NCBI GenBank assembly: GCA_963791815.1
Contig: CAWBTT010000001.1
Coordinates: forward strand, 41,720-105,719
Direction: 5' to 3'
DNA from: an uncultured Candidatus Micrarchaeota archaeon
Lineage (GTDB): Archaea > Micrarchaeota > Micrarchaeia > Anstonellales > Bilamarchaeaceae
DNA length: 64,000 bases
Shown here piece by piece: positions 36,153 through 46,031 of this stretch. The notes beneath the pieces are model-generated. The model saw only the letters and a program-made list of their open reading frames with translations, had not been told where the DNA came from and did not search any database. The translations under genes and the position numbers were made by a program. The number at the start of each line of letters is the position of its first letter. Position 1 is the stretch's first letter.

Positions 36153-39100
36153 CTATTTTGACCTGCTCCTCCAGTAGAGTATGGCCCCGACCACAATCAA
36201 GAGCAGTAGCAGGAGGAATAGTATGGAGAAATCAAGCCCTCCAGTCTCAGTCGGCTTCTCAGGCTCATCGGGAGCCGGTTTGGGAAGCGCATCAACAGTG
36301 CTTTCGGCTCCTATGGCTCCGGCCATGACGAGCTTGTAGGTTCCTTCCATGTTCAGAGGGAGACTGAATCCACCCTCCGAATCTGTCTTTCCGCTGAAAG
36401 TCCTGCCATCTGGAGAGGTCACGGTGACATTGCAGCCTGCGCATGCCAATCCTCCTTTGGTGGCTGAGAGGGTCACGTTTTCCCCGACGAAACCAGATAT
36501 GGGCCCACTAAGGGCGCTGGTTTCTTCGCACTCGTTGTCCGTGCACACATAACCTGATGGACATAAGGCGCAACCAGCTCCAGTGCCGCACTCATAAACG
36601 ACCCAGGAATGGTTGTCAGCGTATCCGCACTCCCCTGTGACAGGCTCGCAGCTTCCCCCCGATTGACCTGATGGGATGTTGCAGAAATCTGCAGCGCTAC
36701 ATTCTGAATCAGAAACGCACTCTGCCTCAGGTTCAATTACAGGCTCAATGCACACTCCCTCAACGCAGGTTTCGTTTCCTGTGCAGTCGGTATCGAGAAC
36801 ACATTCAGGAACCGCTACAGGCTCGGCGCAAATGTTCGCGATGCATAGCTCCCCTTCAGGACAGTCGGCATCGACATTGCATTCAACGGCGCAACTGCCG
36901 CATGAGACAAGCTGCTCTGCAATCACTTCAGTGCCATAGCCATCCTTCTTCGCTGTTATCTTGACATTCACTCCGCAGCCTGTAAATGTGAAGGTGCCGT
37001 TTGAATCCGTGTTCCCGGATGCGACTGGAGAGAGGGTATTGGCATTGTCCACAAGGACCTCAACCTCATCTACAGGCAATCCGGCATCCAGAACAGTCAC
37101 TGTGCTATTGTCGCATGATGTGTTGAATGATACTGTGAAAGACTCGCTGGAGCCGCCCCCATTATCATCATCGTCGCCGCCCCCAAATTCCCAAACAGCG
37201 AACGTACTGAATGTGTCCACATCCGAGAGAGATATTGTGTTCGCAACATCATCTGGAGTTGAGTTATGGAAGGTCCAGTTATCTGAAGTATTGAATTTCG
37301 CAAGCCTGAAGTTGGTGTCAATGTAGCTGTCAAGCAGAAGCTCTGATTCCAGCCAGTTCCACACAATGTGGTCTATTGAGACTGCTCCAAACTCCCTTGA
37401 GATGTTCACGAACTTGCCTTCGAATGACCTGAACTCAGGCAGTAGAGGCGCTGGCTCGCTGTCCCAGTCAATTGAATACTGTCCGTCCAAATCAACGTTG
37501 TCTGTCAGGGAAATGTTTGTGTAATTGCTGTAGTTGCCAGTAGGATTGTCGAATATTACTCCAACTAGGTACAGGTCAAAAGGCCATGAGAAGGCAGATT
37601 CAACTACCATGTCAAGGGCGTTGTTGTAATAGTGGTCATTGGTAACCACCGTGTTGTTCGAATCAAAGATGTAAATACCATTGATTGAGTTGTTGAACGC
37701 TGTATTGTCAGAGAGGGTCTGGTTATCTGCTGTGATGTCAAACCCATACCGATTCTCATATGCAGAGTTGTTGGTAAACACATTGTCAGTTGAGAGAAGA
37801 GTCGAAACCTCGATGCCGCGAAAGGTATTCCCATGGGCCAGGTTGTTTGTGACCAGGTTGCCAGGGCTTGTTGAAAGCTCGATGCCGTTGTTGCTGTTGC
37901 CCCATGCAGTGTTATTGTTGACCGTGACATTCCTGCTTGATGCCAGGAAAATTCCGTTGAGGTTGCCTGATACCAGGTTCCCCTGTATTAAGCTGTTGTT
38001 AACGTTTGATACGAAAAGTCCATCATCAGCGGTGTTGTCGCAGAAAACAGAATCCAGTATTGTCAGGTTGTCAGATAATGCGACGTAGAGTCCATGGTCG
38101 CTATTGTCACAGAAGATTGACGGGTCAATTAGGATGTTGCTGGAGTTGGATGCATCAAACCCTGCATCCCCATTGAGAGATCCTCTTACATCAGTGAAAA
38201 TGTTGTCCGGACTTGATTGCAGGTTGAATCCATCCTCAATATTGTTGGTGCTGTTATCCCCATTGAACGTATTGCCTGTGCTCGAATCAAGGAAAAATCC
38301 ATTGTTTGCATTGGAATAAACGTTGTTGTTTGAGAGGGTGTTGCCCCCCACTGAATCAAATGCTATACCGTCCCCGCTATTTCCGAATATTGTATTGCCG
38401 CTAAGAACATTGTTCCCTGAGCCTAACGTGAAAAGAATTCCGTCGTCATAATTTCCGCTTATCCTGTTTCCTGAGAAGGTGTTGCCTCCAGAGTTGCCTG
38501 ATATTAAAACCCCCTCAAGACCAATTGTCTGTCCGTTGCTGGTAATGTTATTGTCAGTATATGTGTTGTTGCCCGAAGATACAGAGGCTGATAGTCCCCA
38601 GTTGGCGCTGTTGGAAATCACGTTATCGGTGACAGAGTTTCCGGATGCGCCGGTCAGGAGCAAAAGGCCGCTTCCATCGTTGCCCTGGATGCGGTTGTGT
38701 GAGAGAGTATTCCCAGTTGAGTTGATGCCGATGAACATTGCGTTGTTCCCGCTGTTGCTGACTGTGTTGTTGTGGATTGTCGTTCCGGTAACCGTTGACA
38801 TTGGGAAACCGTTGAGTCCGTTATTGTCAAGAAGGTTCATCTCCACATAACTGTTTGAAACATTTGCAAGAACAATCCCATACAGGCTGTTGTCCGAGGC
38901 GTTGTTCAGGCCCACGTAGAGGCTTGCGCCGCGGTCTATGTAAATTCCAGCCTCGGAATTGCCATGGAGTCCATTATCATAAATTATAGTGTTTGATGCA
39001 TCGTGAATGCGGATTCCCTCCTCAAAGAGGGTTATGTCCGGACAGTCGGTAATTAGTATGCCGCTTCTTGTTCCGTTGACCGCAACACCAATGGTGCCGG

Positions 39101-39344
39101 CCCCGCCGGTTCCGGTTATGGAATAGCCGTGGCAGTCAAGGACAACGCTAGTGGCAGCTATCTTGATGCACGCAGTCGTGCTTGAAGGGGACATCTCAGA
39201 AGCATTGAAAGGATCTCCGTTGAGATTGCCAATGAGGTCATATGTTCCCCCAGAAGTTATCTCTTGGCAGGCAGACACATTGATTGCGAATGTCATGCCA
39301 GCCAGCATAATAAGGCTTAATATTGCAACAAATAGTTTGGACAT
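36153..39344 (-). CDS. giant surface protein paralogue (one beta-helix module, same C-terminal architecture)
   Basis: 1063 aa. Same order of signal peptide, CQEITSGGTYDL...ACIKIAATSVVLDCHGYSI, beta-helix rungs, GGGDDDDNGG linker, Cys-rich block, CarboxypepD_reg-like domain and a TM anchor ending WRSRSK. Confidence 0.85.
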   Translation of the reverse strand: MSKLFVAILSLIMLAGMTFAINVSACQEITSGGTYDLIGNLNGDPFNASEMSPSSTTACIKIAATSVVLDCHGYSITGTGGAGTIGVAVNGTRSGILITDCPDITLFEEGIRIHDASNTIIYDNGLHGNSEAGIYIDRGASLYVGLNNASDNSLYGIVLANVSNSYVEMNLLDNNGLNGFPMSTVTGTTIHNNTVSNSGNNAMFIGINSTGNTLSHNRIQGNDGSGLLLLTGASGNSVTDNVISNSANWGLSASVSSGNNTYTDNNITSNGQTIGLEGVLISGNSGGNTFSGNRISGNYDDGILFTLGSGNNVLSGNTIFGNSGDGIAFDSVGGNTLSNNNVYSNANNGFFLDSSTGNTFNGDNSTNNIEDGFNLQSSPDNIFTDVRGSLNGDAGFDASNSSNILIDPSIFCDNSDHGLYVALSDNLTILDSVFCDNTADDGLFVSNVNNSLIQGNLVSGNLNGIFLASSRNVTVNNNTAWGNSNNGIELSTSPGNLVTNNLAHGNTFRGIEVSTLLSTDNVFTNNSAYENRYGFDITADNQTLSDNTAFNNSINGIYIFDSNNTVVTNDHYYNNALDMVVESAFSWPFDLYLVGVIFDNPTGNYSNYTNISLTDNVDLDGQYSIDWDSEPAPLLPEFRSFEGKFVNISREFGAVSIDHIVWNWLESELLLDSYIDTNFRLAKFNTSDNWTFHNSTPDDVANTISLSDVDTFSTFAVWEFGGGDDDDNGGGSSESFTVSFNTSCDNSTVTVLDAGLPVDEVEVLVDNANTLSPVASGNTDSNGTFTFTGCGVNVKITAKKDGYGTEVIAEQLVSCGSCAVECNVDADCPEGELCIANICAEPVAVPECVLDTDCTGNETCVEGVCIEPVIEPEAECVSDSECSAADFCNIPSGQSGGSCEPVTGECGYADNHSWVVYECGTGAGCALCPSGYVCTDNECEETSALSGPISGFVGENVTLSATKGGLACAGCNVTVTSPDGRTFSGKTDSEGGFSLPLNMEGTYKLVMAGAIGAESTVDALPKPAPDEPEKPTETGGLDFSILFLLLLLLIVVGAILYWRSRSK

Positions 39345-39467
39345 TTGTGGATATCAGGGAGATGGTTTAAAAGTTTTTGGAAAAGTTGATGAAGTGTCGC
39401 TTCGGGCAATACAATCCAAAGATGGGTCTATGCTGAGACTGAAATAATCTCAAATGGTCAAATCCAT

Positions 39468-39620
39468 TCATATAGATTTAAGGAAGCCATCTTCGCCGAG
39501 CTGGAATTTGTGCGCTGCGTTGGACCTGCACTGGAAGTGCTCTCCAACTTTCAGAACCTGGGAGTTCATAGCGAACGCCATAAAACACTCGGGGCAACCC
39601 ATTATATATTGGTTTTCCAT
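39468..39620 (-). CDS. possible 50-aa Cys2-Cys-His small protein (MENQYIMGCPECFMAF...QCRSNAAHKF...)
   Basis: Open frame in an otherwise unassigned 350-nt gap, with a CPEC...C-x5-H pattern. There is no clear SD and only A/T-rich upstream sequence, so support is weak. Confidence 0.25.
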   Translation of the reverse strand: MENQYIMGCPECFMAFAMNSQVLKVGEHFQCRSNAAHKFQLGEDGFLKSI

Positions 39621-39697
39621 GGGGAATCATCTCGATACTACTATTTTCTGGTCATTCTTCGTATCGAAGATGAGGTTTATAAACCAATGTCCCATGT

Positions 39698-40474
39698 TCA
39701 GTCGGTTTCAATGCCTGAGACGCTCATGCAGCTTAGGTATGATGAAGTTACCCACTTGCCATCCATGTTCTTTGTCAGAACTTCTGAAGTGACTGTGCAG
39801 TCCTCCATATACCGGTGCTCAGTGGAGTGGAAATACTCGATATCAAAGCTCCCACCTGAGAACGGAAGCACAGGGCTCTCGTTCATGAAGATTGCAACTC
39901 CCCTTGATACAGGTTCAACACCATCATCGAAAACTATGAATCCGGTTGCCTGGATGCTGGAGATGGGATTGCCATCGAACTTGACATCAGTCAGGGGGGC
40001 AAGGTCAAAGACTATGTCGCCTGGCTGTGAGTCAAGTGTTTTGCTTCGTTTCCACTTGTAAGTCACCTGCTCGAATGCACCCTCGTATTTCTTGAAGAAG
40101 TCATCCCTAATCTGAACAAGGCTCTCATCAAGCATCTGGTTCAGGGTCTTGTTTGACTTTGGCACAGTGTCAGTAAAGTCCTGGGTGTCGTTTTCCTCAG
40201 GCACTTCCTCGAGGTCGCACTCAAAGTTGCAGACGCAGTCTGGATAGGTCCCTGAAATATCCCAAGACCCTACGCACTGGATATGCGGCTGTGTGGGGCA
40301 GTATTCCTCACAAGTCATTGAAGCAGAATCATTTGTATCCGGAGTCTCATTTACAGCAGGCGGCTCTTGAGGGGTTGTTGGGCCAGTTGGTCCAGTATCC
40401 TCTGAGGGCGTTGTGGAAATGCATCCGAACAATAACAATATCCCGAAAAGAATCGCAAAAAATCTCATGGTCAT
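39698..40474 (-). CDS. secreted lipobox protein, unknown function
   Basis: Start trimmed to the ATG at 40474 (MTMRFFAILFGILLLFGC). T/P/E-rich linker followed by a Cys-containing domain. Confidence 0.55.
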   Translation of the reverse strand: MTMRFFAILFGILLLFGCISTTPSEDTGPTGPTTPQEPPAVNETPDTNDSASMTCEEYCPTQPHIQCVGSWDISGTYPDCVCNFECDLEEVPEENDTQDFTDTVPKSNKTLNQMLDESLVQIRDDFFKKYEGAFEQVTYKWKRSKTLDSQPGDIVFDLAPLTDVKFDGNPISSIQATGFIVFDDGVEPVSRGVAIFMNESPVLPFSGGSFDIEYFHSTEHRYMEDCTVTSEVLTKNMDGKWVTSSYLSCMSVSGIETD

Positions 40475-40742
40475 AAATCCCCAGCAAACGATTATAAACC
40501 CTGAAGGCAAAGTTCTTGGGGTGTTAATATGCCAGCATGTCCTCAATGCCATATCTACAAGGGGCTTTGGTCCCCCCTCAAGCAAGACAAGGAAGGCCAG
40601 TTTATCTGCAGTGTGAACAATATGCACAAATTCACCCGTGACCGGGATGGCAATTTTCATAGTGCATAAACGAAACATTTAAATATATCGGGTACCACTA
40701 GACTTCCATAAACATAATATCACGCGACCTCCCAGTGATAGA

Positions 40743-42050
40743 ATGACCAGTAGCCAGAACAAAGTAAAGAGACCAGACCCACAGCCAGCACCAGAGAGAG
40801 GCTTCGCCGGAAAATCCCCCCTAGTTTCAGGAATGCTTGCCAAAAGAGACCAGCTCATGGCCAGCGCAGTCATTCTCAAGTTGGTAAGCCGCGCAGTTGC
40901 AGATGCCCATGCAAAGGAGCAATATGCCAAAAAACTTTTCTCACTTGCAGATGAAATCTCAGATGCAAGAAGGTCTGAGAAAATTTTAACCATGATTAGG
41001 CAAACCATGCAGGAGGTTAGAGGAGTCCCTAAAACCAAAAGGGAAGCACTTGAGATGGCCCTTGAAAGAAAGGGAATCGCGGCCGAGATTATTGATGAAA
41101 AAGAAGCCAGACATTTCTCATTGTTCAAGATTAAGTACAGGGGCCAGGAAAGAAGCGTGCCATTCCAGAACAACATCATGGAAGGGAACGCGGTTGCCAA
41201 TTTCCAGAGGATTCTGGCAACTTCCGGCATAGTAGGAAACAACCGGGAACTCATGGAATCAAGAAAAGAGGAAATAGGTTCAGTGAGGCCCCCTGCAGAG
41301 CCCATTGAAGTCGACCATAAAAAGCTCGAAGGAAGAAAAATCAACTACGATGGCAAAATCGGCAGTGGGCTGATGCAGTTCACATATTACGCTGAAGGGA
41401 TAAATACGTCCATAGGAATCACAGGGAATCTAAGAAATGGAGAACTTCTTGCGGAAATTGACAGAAAGATATTCGAGATTCATGAAACTTTTGGTGCTCC
41501 CCTAGACGCTGCTGTAGTAGAGCAGCAGACATCAGAAAAGCCATGCCTCAAAGTGCCAGGCGACCTAGAAATCGAGAGGATTGTGAATGGGCTCCACTTT
41601 ATTGTCAGCAATAAAATCCCTGCAAAACGCATGCCTGAGGAATATCAAACGGCGATTGAAACTTTGAAGGCAAGTCCGGAATACCATGCGATCAGCACGG
41701 CCGCCCCAATCACTAAGGGTGAGGCCGGCGAATTCGCAAACGCATTCAAAGAGCTTGACACCACGGCCCATACAATGGTAAGGGTGCTTAGCCCCTGCGG
41801 AAATGAAGGGGAATTTACAGGAGAAGGAGAACAAATCATAACGCAGGCTCTTGGGCTTGGAGAAGGCAAGGCCAGCATAAACCCTGCCGCAATTAGCAAC
41901 ATCGCAACAGCCTATTCAATGCTCACAGGGCAGAGCACATCTGGGTGGAAAGAAGATGAATTTTCCCAGAAACACCAGGGAATGATGTTCACAATAAGAA
42001 AAAAAATGAAAGAGCTTACAGGAAACCTTATTTTCAGTCCAGTTCAGTAG
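40743..42050 (+). CDS. hypothetical protein (435 aa)
   Basis: Long ORF of normal composition. Preferred over the antisense Leu/Ser-rich ORF at 40679-41344. No recognised motif. Confidence 0.55.
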   Translation: MTSSQNKVKRPDPQPAPERGFAGKSPLVSGMLAKRDQLMASAVILKLVSRAVADAHAKEQYAKKLFSLADEISDARRSEKILTMIRQTMQEVRGVPKTKREALEMALERKGIAAEIIDEKEARHFSLFKIKYRGQERSVPFQNNIMEGNAVANFQRILATSGIVGNNRELMESRKEEIGSVRPPAEPIEVDHKKLEGRKINYDGKIGSGLMQFTYYAEGINTSIGITGNLRNGELLAEIDRKIFEIHETFGAPLDAAVVEQQTSEKPCLKVPGDLEIERIVNGLHFIVSNKIPAKRMPEEYQTAIETLKASPEYHAISTAAPITKGEAGEFANAFKELDTTAHTMVRVLSPCGNEGEFTGEGEQIITQALGLGEGKASINPAAISNIATAYSMLTGQSTSGWKEDEFSQKHQGMMFTIRKKMKELTGNLIFSPVQ

Positions 42051-42871
42051 CTCTTTGGAGTCACAGTAACTTTCATCACTGTTTCTGAAACCTGCGGATG
42101 CGGAGAGACCGGCCTTTGCGGGCTTGTCGGGGTCCCATTGTCAACATTATCTTTTCCAGAATCAGGCTGTCCTCCTGAGAATCCGATTCCGACTTCTGAG
42201 TTCTCCTCGGTTCCAGCGTCATAGTTCTGGGCTTTTGTAGTGGAATTCTTCGCCCCGTTTCCGGAAGTGAAAAGCGCAATGTTGTTGACTCCGGCGAAAC
42301 CGTCATTGGTCTGTACCAGCATCATCGCGCCTGAAAGATACGTTTCCCTTGGCTTGTCCCTTGGGACTTTCAATGTAAATGTTGTGCTCTCCCCAGGGGC
42401 TAGTGGGGTGTCAATCAGATATCTTGACACGACTCCTGCCTGAGAATCTATATAGTCGTAGAATGGGGCGTTGTTGCCATATTCAACGAGCGGTTCCATT
42501 TGTGAGGGCACCTTCTTGTTGATGTAATCTATGCTGAAGGGGGGCTTGTGCGCAACGAAAACGCCGGGGGACAGTGTCATGGTCTGGTGAACATTCTCTA
42601 TCTTGACCTCGAAAGTGTACATTGTCTTGCTGTCGTCCACCTGAACTGGCGCTGGCTCAGTCTCGTTCTCACCATTCATGATTTCCTCGACATTCTCCTC
42701 TAATTCATCCACACAATCCTCAATCACCTCGACTTTGTCTTCGAGCGCCTCGAGCTTGTTTTCCAATTCCTCGAGCTTGGATTCCATCTCGGAGGATTCT
42801 TCGGGCGCCTGTTGCGCGCAGCCAGAAAGCAGAATCATCAAAATCAGAGATAATGCAAGATAAACCTTCAT
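42044..42871 (-). CDS. secreted lipobox protein with coiled-coil linker and spondin_N-like domain
   Basis: MILLSGC signal, E/L-rich heptads, then SPGVFVAHK...LVQTNDGFAG, resembling bacterial spondin_N domain proteins (TND.F motif). Confidence 0.5.
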   Translation of the reverse strand: MKVYLALSLILMILLSGCAQQAPEESSEMESKLEELENKLEALEDKVEVIEDCVDELEENVEEIMNGENETEPAPVQVDDSKTMYTFEVKIENVHQTMTLSPGVFVAHKPPFSIDYINKKVPSQMEPLVEYGNNAPFYDYIDSQAGVVSRYLIDTPLAPGESTTFTLKVPRDKPRETYLSGAMMLVQTNDGFAGVNNIALFTSGNGAKNSTTKAQNYDAGTEENSEVGIGFSGGQPDSGKDNVDNGTPTSPQRPVSPHPQVSETVMKVTVTPKSY

Positions 42872-42905
42872 GGATTATGATAGGCGCTGTTAGTTTAAAA
42901 AAATA

Positions 42906-43016
<111 letters not shown>

Positions 43017-43046
43017 CTGAAGGTAAAAGATATGGTGTTAATTTTA

Positions 43047-44282
43047 TTAATCCTTGTCCTTGGAGTCCATGGCAAGCTTCAGGAAGGGATTCACATTCTT
43101 CTCCTTGACAGCTAGGACGTGCATAAGCACCACCTTGGCTTTTTTCCTGACTGCTTCAGGCACTTTTGCAGAGTTGGCAAGGAATGAGAGAGAGGCTTGA
43201 TCCTTGGATTTCTCAAGCGATTTGAGCACCACCCCCAGGTTGTTTTCAATGGCTTTCATTGCCTTGTCTGTCACCTGTGTCACTGATATGTCAGGGGCAT
43301 TTGAGATTGCCTGGACTATGATATCATAATTCTTGAGGAATTCCTTGGCTGCCCAGACAACGCGGACACGCTCAATGCTTCCAAGCCCATCAAGCAGGGC
43401 AGCAAGCTCAAATGGAGAATATGTCTTCTGGAGCTTCAGGTCCTGCGCCGCCTCCTCTTTCTTGGGAGCAGGGCCCAGGATTTCCACCTTGAGTTTTTCC
43501 GCTGCCTTGTATGCCTTGTTCCGAATCTCAAGCGGAACCTGCGCAAGTGATGAAAGGAACATGAGGGCAGGCACCATCCTTTTCTGAACCATGATATTGA
43601 TGACCTTGTCAGTGTCCTGCTTGATTACCTCAACCGCCTTTATCGTGACCTCAGTAACTGTCAAGAGCGGAATCTTGGCAACAGTGGGGGCAATCTTCGG
43701 ATAGTCGCGTATGAACTTTATTGCCGCTGGAATGCGAAGCTCTGGAATTTTGCTCTCCAGTTTCTGAATAAGGATTTTGACCTGTTGAGGAGTATATATC
43801 ACTGGAACCAAAGTCGGCGCCTTGGCCTCAGTGTGTTTTGGCTCCTGGAATTCTGGGCCTTGGACCCTTTTCAAAACTTCGGCTGCCTTGTCCCTGGTCG
43901 CAGGAGGTATTGACTCTGATTTCGCTATGAAACTTAGAGCTTTCGTTTTCCGCTCTTTTTCAAATTTCACAAGCATTTTCTGCTCATTTTTCAGTACGGC
44001 CGCGATGACAAGTTCCATGATTTCAGTACCTGAAACATCAGGAATCTGAGCCGCGGCCTCTGATACTGCCCCTTGGTTTTCAGCGAACTCTGAGATGCCT
44101 GAGATTTCACGGTCAGTGTTTTCCCCGGTCAATGAGGCAATTAGAGTACCCAGTTCATCAAGCGTATATGCCCTGCCAACGATTACAGCTACCTTCTTCT
44201 TGTATGGCGCAGGCTTTTTTTTCTCCACTTTGTGCACAGCCTTGTGCACGTCTTTTTTGTGGGTTCGCCTTGGGCCGCTCAT
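43047..44282 (-). CDS. hypothetical protein with basic N-terminus and three approximately 110-aa tandem repeats
   Basis: 411 aa. Repeats share the pattern Y(T/S)xxELxxL...PD(V/I)SxT(E/Q)(I/V)...(L/M)SF(I/L)AxSxx(I/V)PxxxRxKAxxVL. Confidence 0.6.
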   Translation of the reverse strand: MSGPRRTHKKDVHKAVHKVEKKKPAPYKKKVAVIVGRAYTLDELGTLIASLTGENTDREISGISEFAENQGAVSEAAAQIPDVSGTEIMELVIAAVLKNEQKMLVKFEKERKTKALSFIAKSESIPPATRDKAAEVLKRVQGPEFQEPKHTEAKAPTLVPVIYTPQQVKILIQKLESKIPELRIPAAIKFIRDYPKIAPTVAKIPLLTVTEVTIKAVEVIKQDTDKVINIMVQKRMVPALMFLSSLAQVPLEIRNKAYKAAEKLKVEILGPAPKKEEAAQDLKLQKTYSPFELAALLDGLGSIERVRVVWAAKEFLKNYDIIVQAISNAPDISVTQVTDKAMKAIENNLGVVLKSLEKSKDQASLSFLANSAKVPEAVRKKAKVVLMHVLAVKEKNVNPFLKLAMDSKDKD

Positions 44283-44364
44283 GGAATCAGTTAATCCTCT
44301 AATGTTTTTTAACCTGTCAGCAAAGCATTATATTCTCAAGTAAGAAAGAAACTAAGGGATACTT

Positions 44365-45135
44365 ATGTTTGGCGGAGAAGAAATAATTTTCACCGGTGCA
44401 TACAAGGGATTGAACCTCGGCATAAAATACGACGTTTCAGGAAAAGACGAGAAGGAAGTTTCTGCAGTTCTGACTGACATCAGTAATAATATTGAGCCTC
44501 ATGCTTTCGCGCTCTCGGGAATTGATGTCAAAGCGATTGACGGATTTGTCGATTTCAAGGGAAAGGGGATTTCCGGAGTATGCGATTACCTGAACAACAA
44601 ATCATCAGAATGGAACAAATGGGCAAAGGCGAATGTTGAGCGGAAGGAACTTATGCCTGTTGCTGAGTCATACCTTTTCAACAAGCTGCTTCATGAGGCC
44701 GGAATTGCATTCAAGACAGACGGAAAGTCCCCAATCAAGCCTGAAAAAGAGGAGATTGGAGATGTTATAGCGTTTGTCGGAAGATACAAAAGCTGGATGG
44801 CAATCAAGAAGCTTGGCCTTGACAATGTCAAGGACTATGAGGTTTCAGGGATTTTGGCCGGCATAAATTTCACGGTTGTCAACAAAGGATTCGACTTCGC
44901 AGGAATTGAGAAGGATGATGATAAAGTGAAGGCAATCACAAAGGGAAAAAGAAAGTCATACAAGAACGCAATCATGTGCCTGGAAGATGTCAAGTCCGAA
45001 GGGGAGAATCCATACCTTGTTGCCAAGGTACTTGAAGCTATTAATTATCGGCCGTATGCAAGCTCGCATATGCTGACAAGCGCGTATCCAGATATCAAAC
45101 CGCCTAAGGTAAAGGGGCGCAAACCAAAGGGATGA
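44365..45135 (+). CDS. hypothetical protein, translationally coupled to mevalonate kinase
   Basis: 256 aa, SD-like GGGAT before the ATG, basic C-terminal tail, ATGA overlap with mvk. Confidence 0.55.
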   Translation: MFGGEEIIFTGAYKGLNLGIKYDVSGKDEKEVSAVLTDISNNIEPHAFALSGIDVKAIDGFVDFKGKGISGVCDYLNNKSSEWNKWAKANVERKELMPVAESYLFNKLLHEAGIAFKTDGKSPIKPEKEEIGDVIAFVGRYKSWMAIKKLGLDNVKDYEVSGILAGINFTVVNKGFDFAGIEKDDDKVKAITKGKRKSYKNAIMCLEDVKSEGENPYLVAKVLEAINYRPYASSHMLTSAYPDIKPPKVKGRKPKG

Positions 45136-46031
45136 TTGAAATGGCAGAAGCAAATGGCAAGATAATACTTTTCGGAGAGCATTTCGTTGTGCATGGAGCA
45201 CCTGCAATAGCAGCTGGAATCTCGAGCAGCGTTATTGTAGAAGTTAAAAAAGCAGATAGGAACAGCATTGTCACTGAGCACCAGGTCTCTGAAAAGATGA
45301 GCGTGGATGGAATCCAAAGGGTGCTTGCGGTCATGGGGATTCATGAGCAGTATGAAGTCCACCTCAAAGGAGACTTGAAGACTTATGGCGGGCTTGGCTC
45401 TTCAGCAGCGTTCTGCGTCGCGCTTGTCAAGGCGCTTGCAGAAGAAAAGGGCATTCACCCGACCAAGGAAGAAATCAACAAATACGCCTATGAGGGTGAG
45501 AAAGCTTTTCATGGCGACCCGAGTGGAATCGACAACACCGTCGCGTGCTATGGCGGCATTGTCCAGTTCAAAAAGACACCTGAGAAAAACAACTTTGAGT
45601 TCTTTGAGGTTGGAAAGGATTTGGACGTAATAGTATCATTCACAGGAAAATACAGCCCAACTGCCAAGATGGTGGAAAGGGTAAGGGAATTCAAGGAGCA
45701 GGATGAGACTGAGTTTGCCCAGCTTATGGATGAATACGCTGACATTGAGCATGAGGGGCGAAAGTTCCTTGCAAAGGGAAAACTCAGGATGATAGGAATG
45801 CTCATGAACGCCAACCAGTCGCTATTATCTGAAGTCGGAGTCTCTGATGAGGCAAATGACAGGATAATCAAGATTGCCCTTGATGAAGGGGCTCTTGGAG
45901 CCAAACTGACTGGCGGAGGGGGCGGAGGCTGCTGCATCGCGCTCGCAAAGAATGAGAAACACGCAGCAGAGATTGCCAAGAAACTGGTTGATGCCGGATT
46001 CGATTCATTCACAGCAAGAATAACACACTAG
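45132..46031 (+). CDS. mvk: mevalonate kinase
   Basis: GKIILFGEHFVVHGAPAIA, GGLGSSAAF and KLTGGGGGGC GHMP-kinase motifs. Confidence 0.9.
   Translation: MIEMAEANGKIILFGEHFVVHGAPAIAAGISSSVIVEVKKADRNSIVTEHQVSEKMSVDGIQRVLAVMGIHEQYEVHLKGDLKTYGGLGSSAAFCVALVKALAEEKGIHPTKEEINKYAYEGEKAFHGDPSGIDNTVACYGGIVQFKKTPEKNNFEFFEVGKDLDVIVSFTGKYSPTAKMVERVREFKEQDETEFAQLMDEYADIEHEGRKFLAKGKLRMIGMLMNANQSLLSEVGVSDEANDRIIKIALDEGALGAKLTGGGGGGCCIALAKNEKHAAEIAKKLVDAGFDSFTARITH

Noticed and set aside
40679-41344. 221-aa minus-strand ORF overlapping the start of the 435-aa plus-strand gene
   Set aside because: Ser/Leu-rich composition typical of antisense frames. The plus-strand ORF is twice as long with balanced composition. 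Choosing the ATG at 40474 for the neighbouring minus gene leaves a normal divergent spacer.
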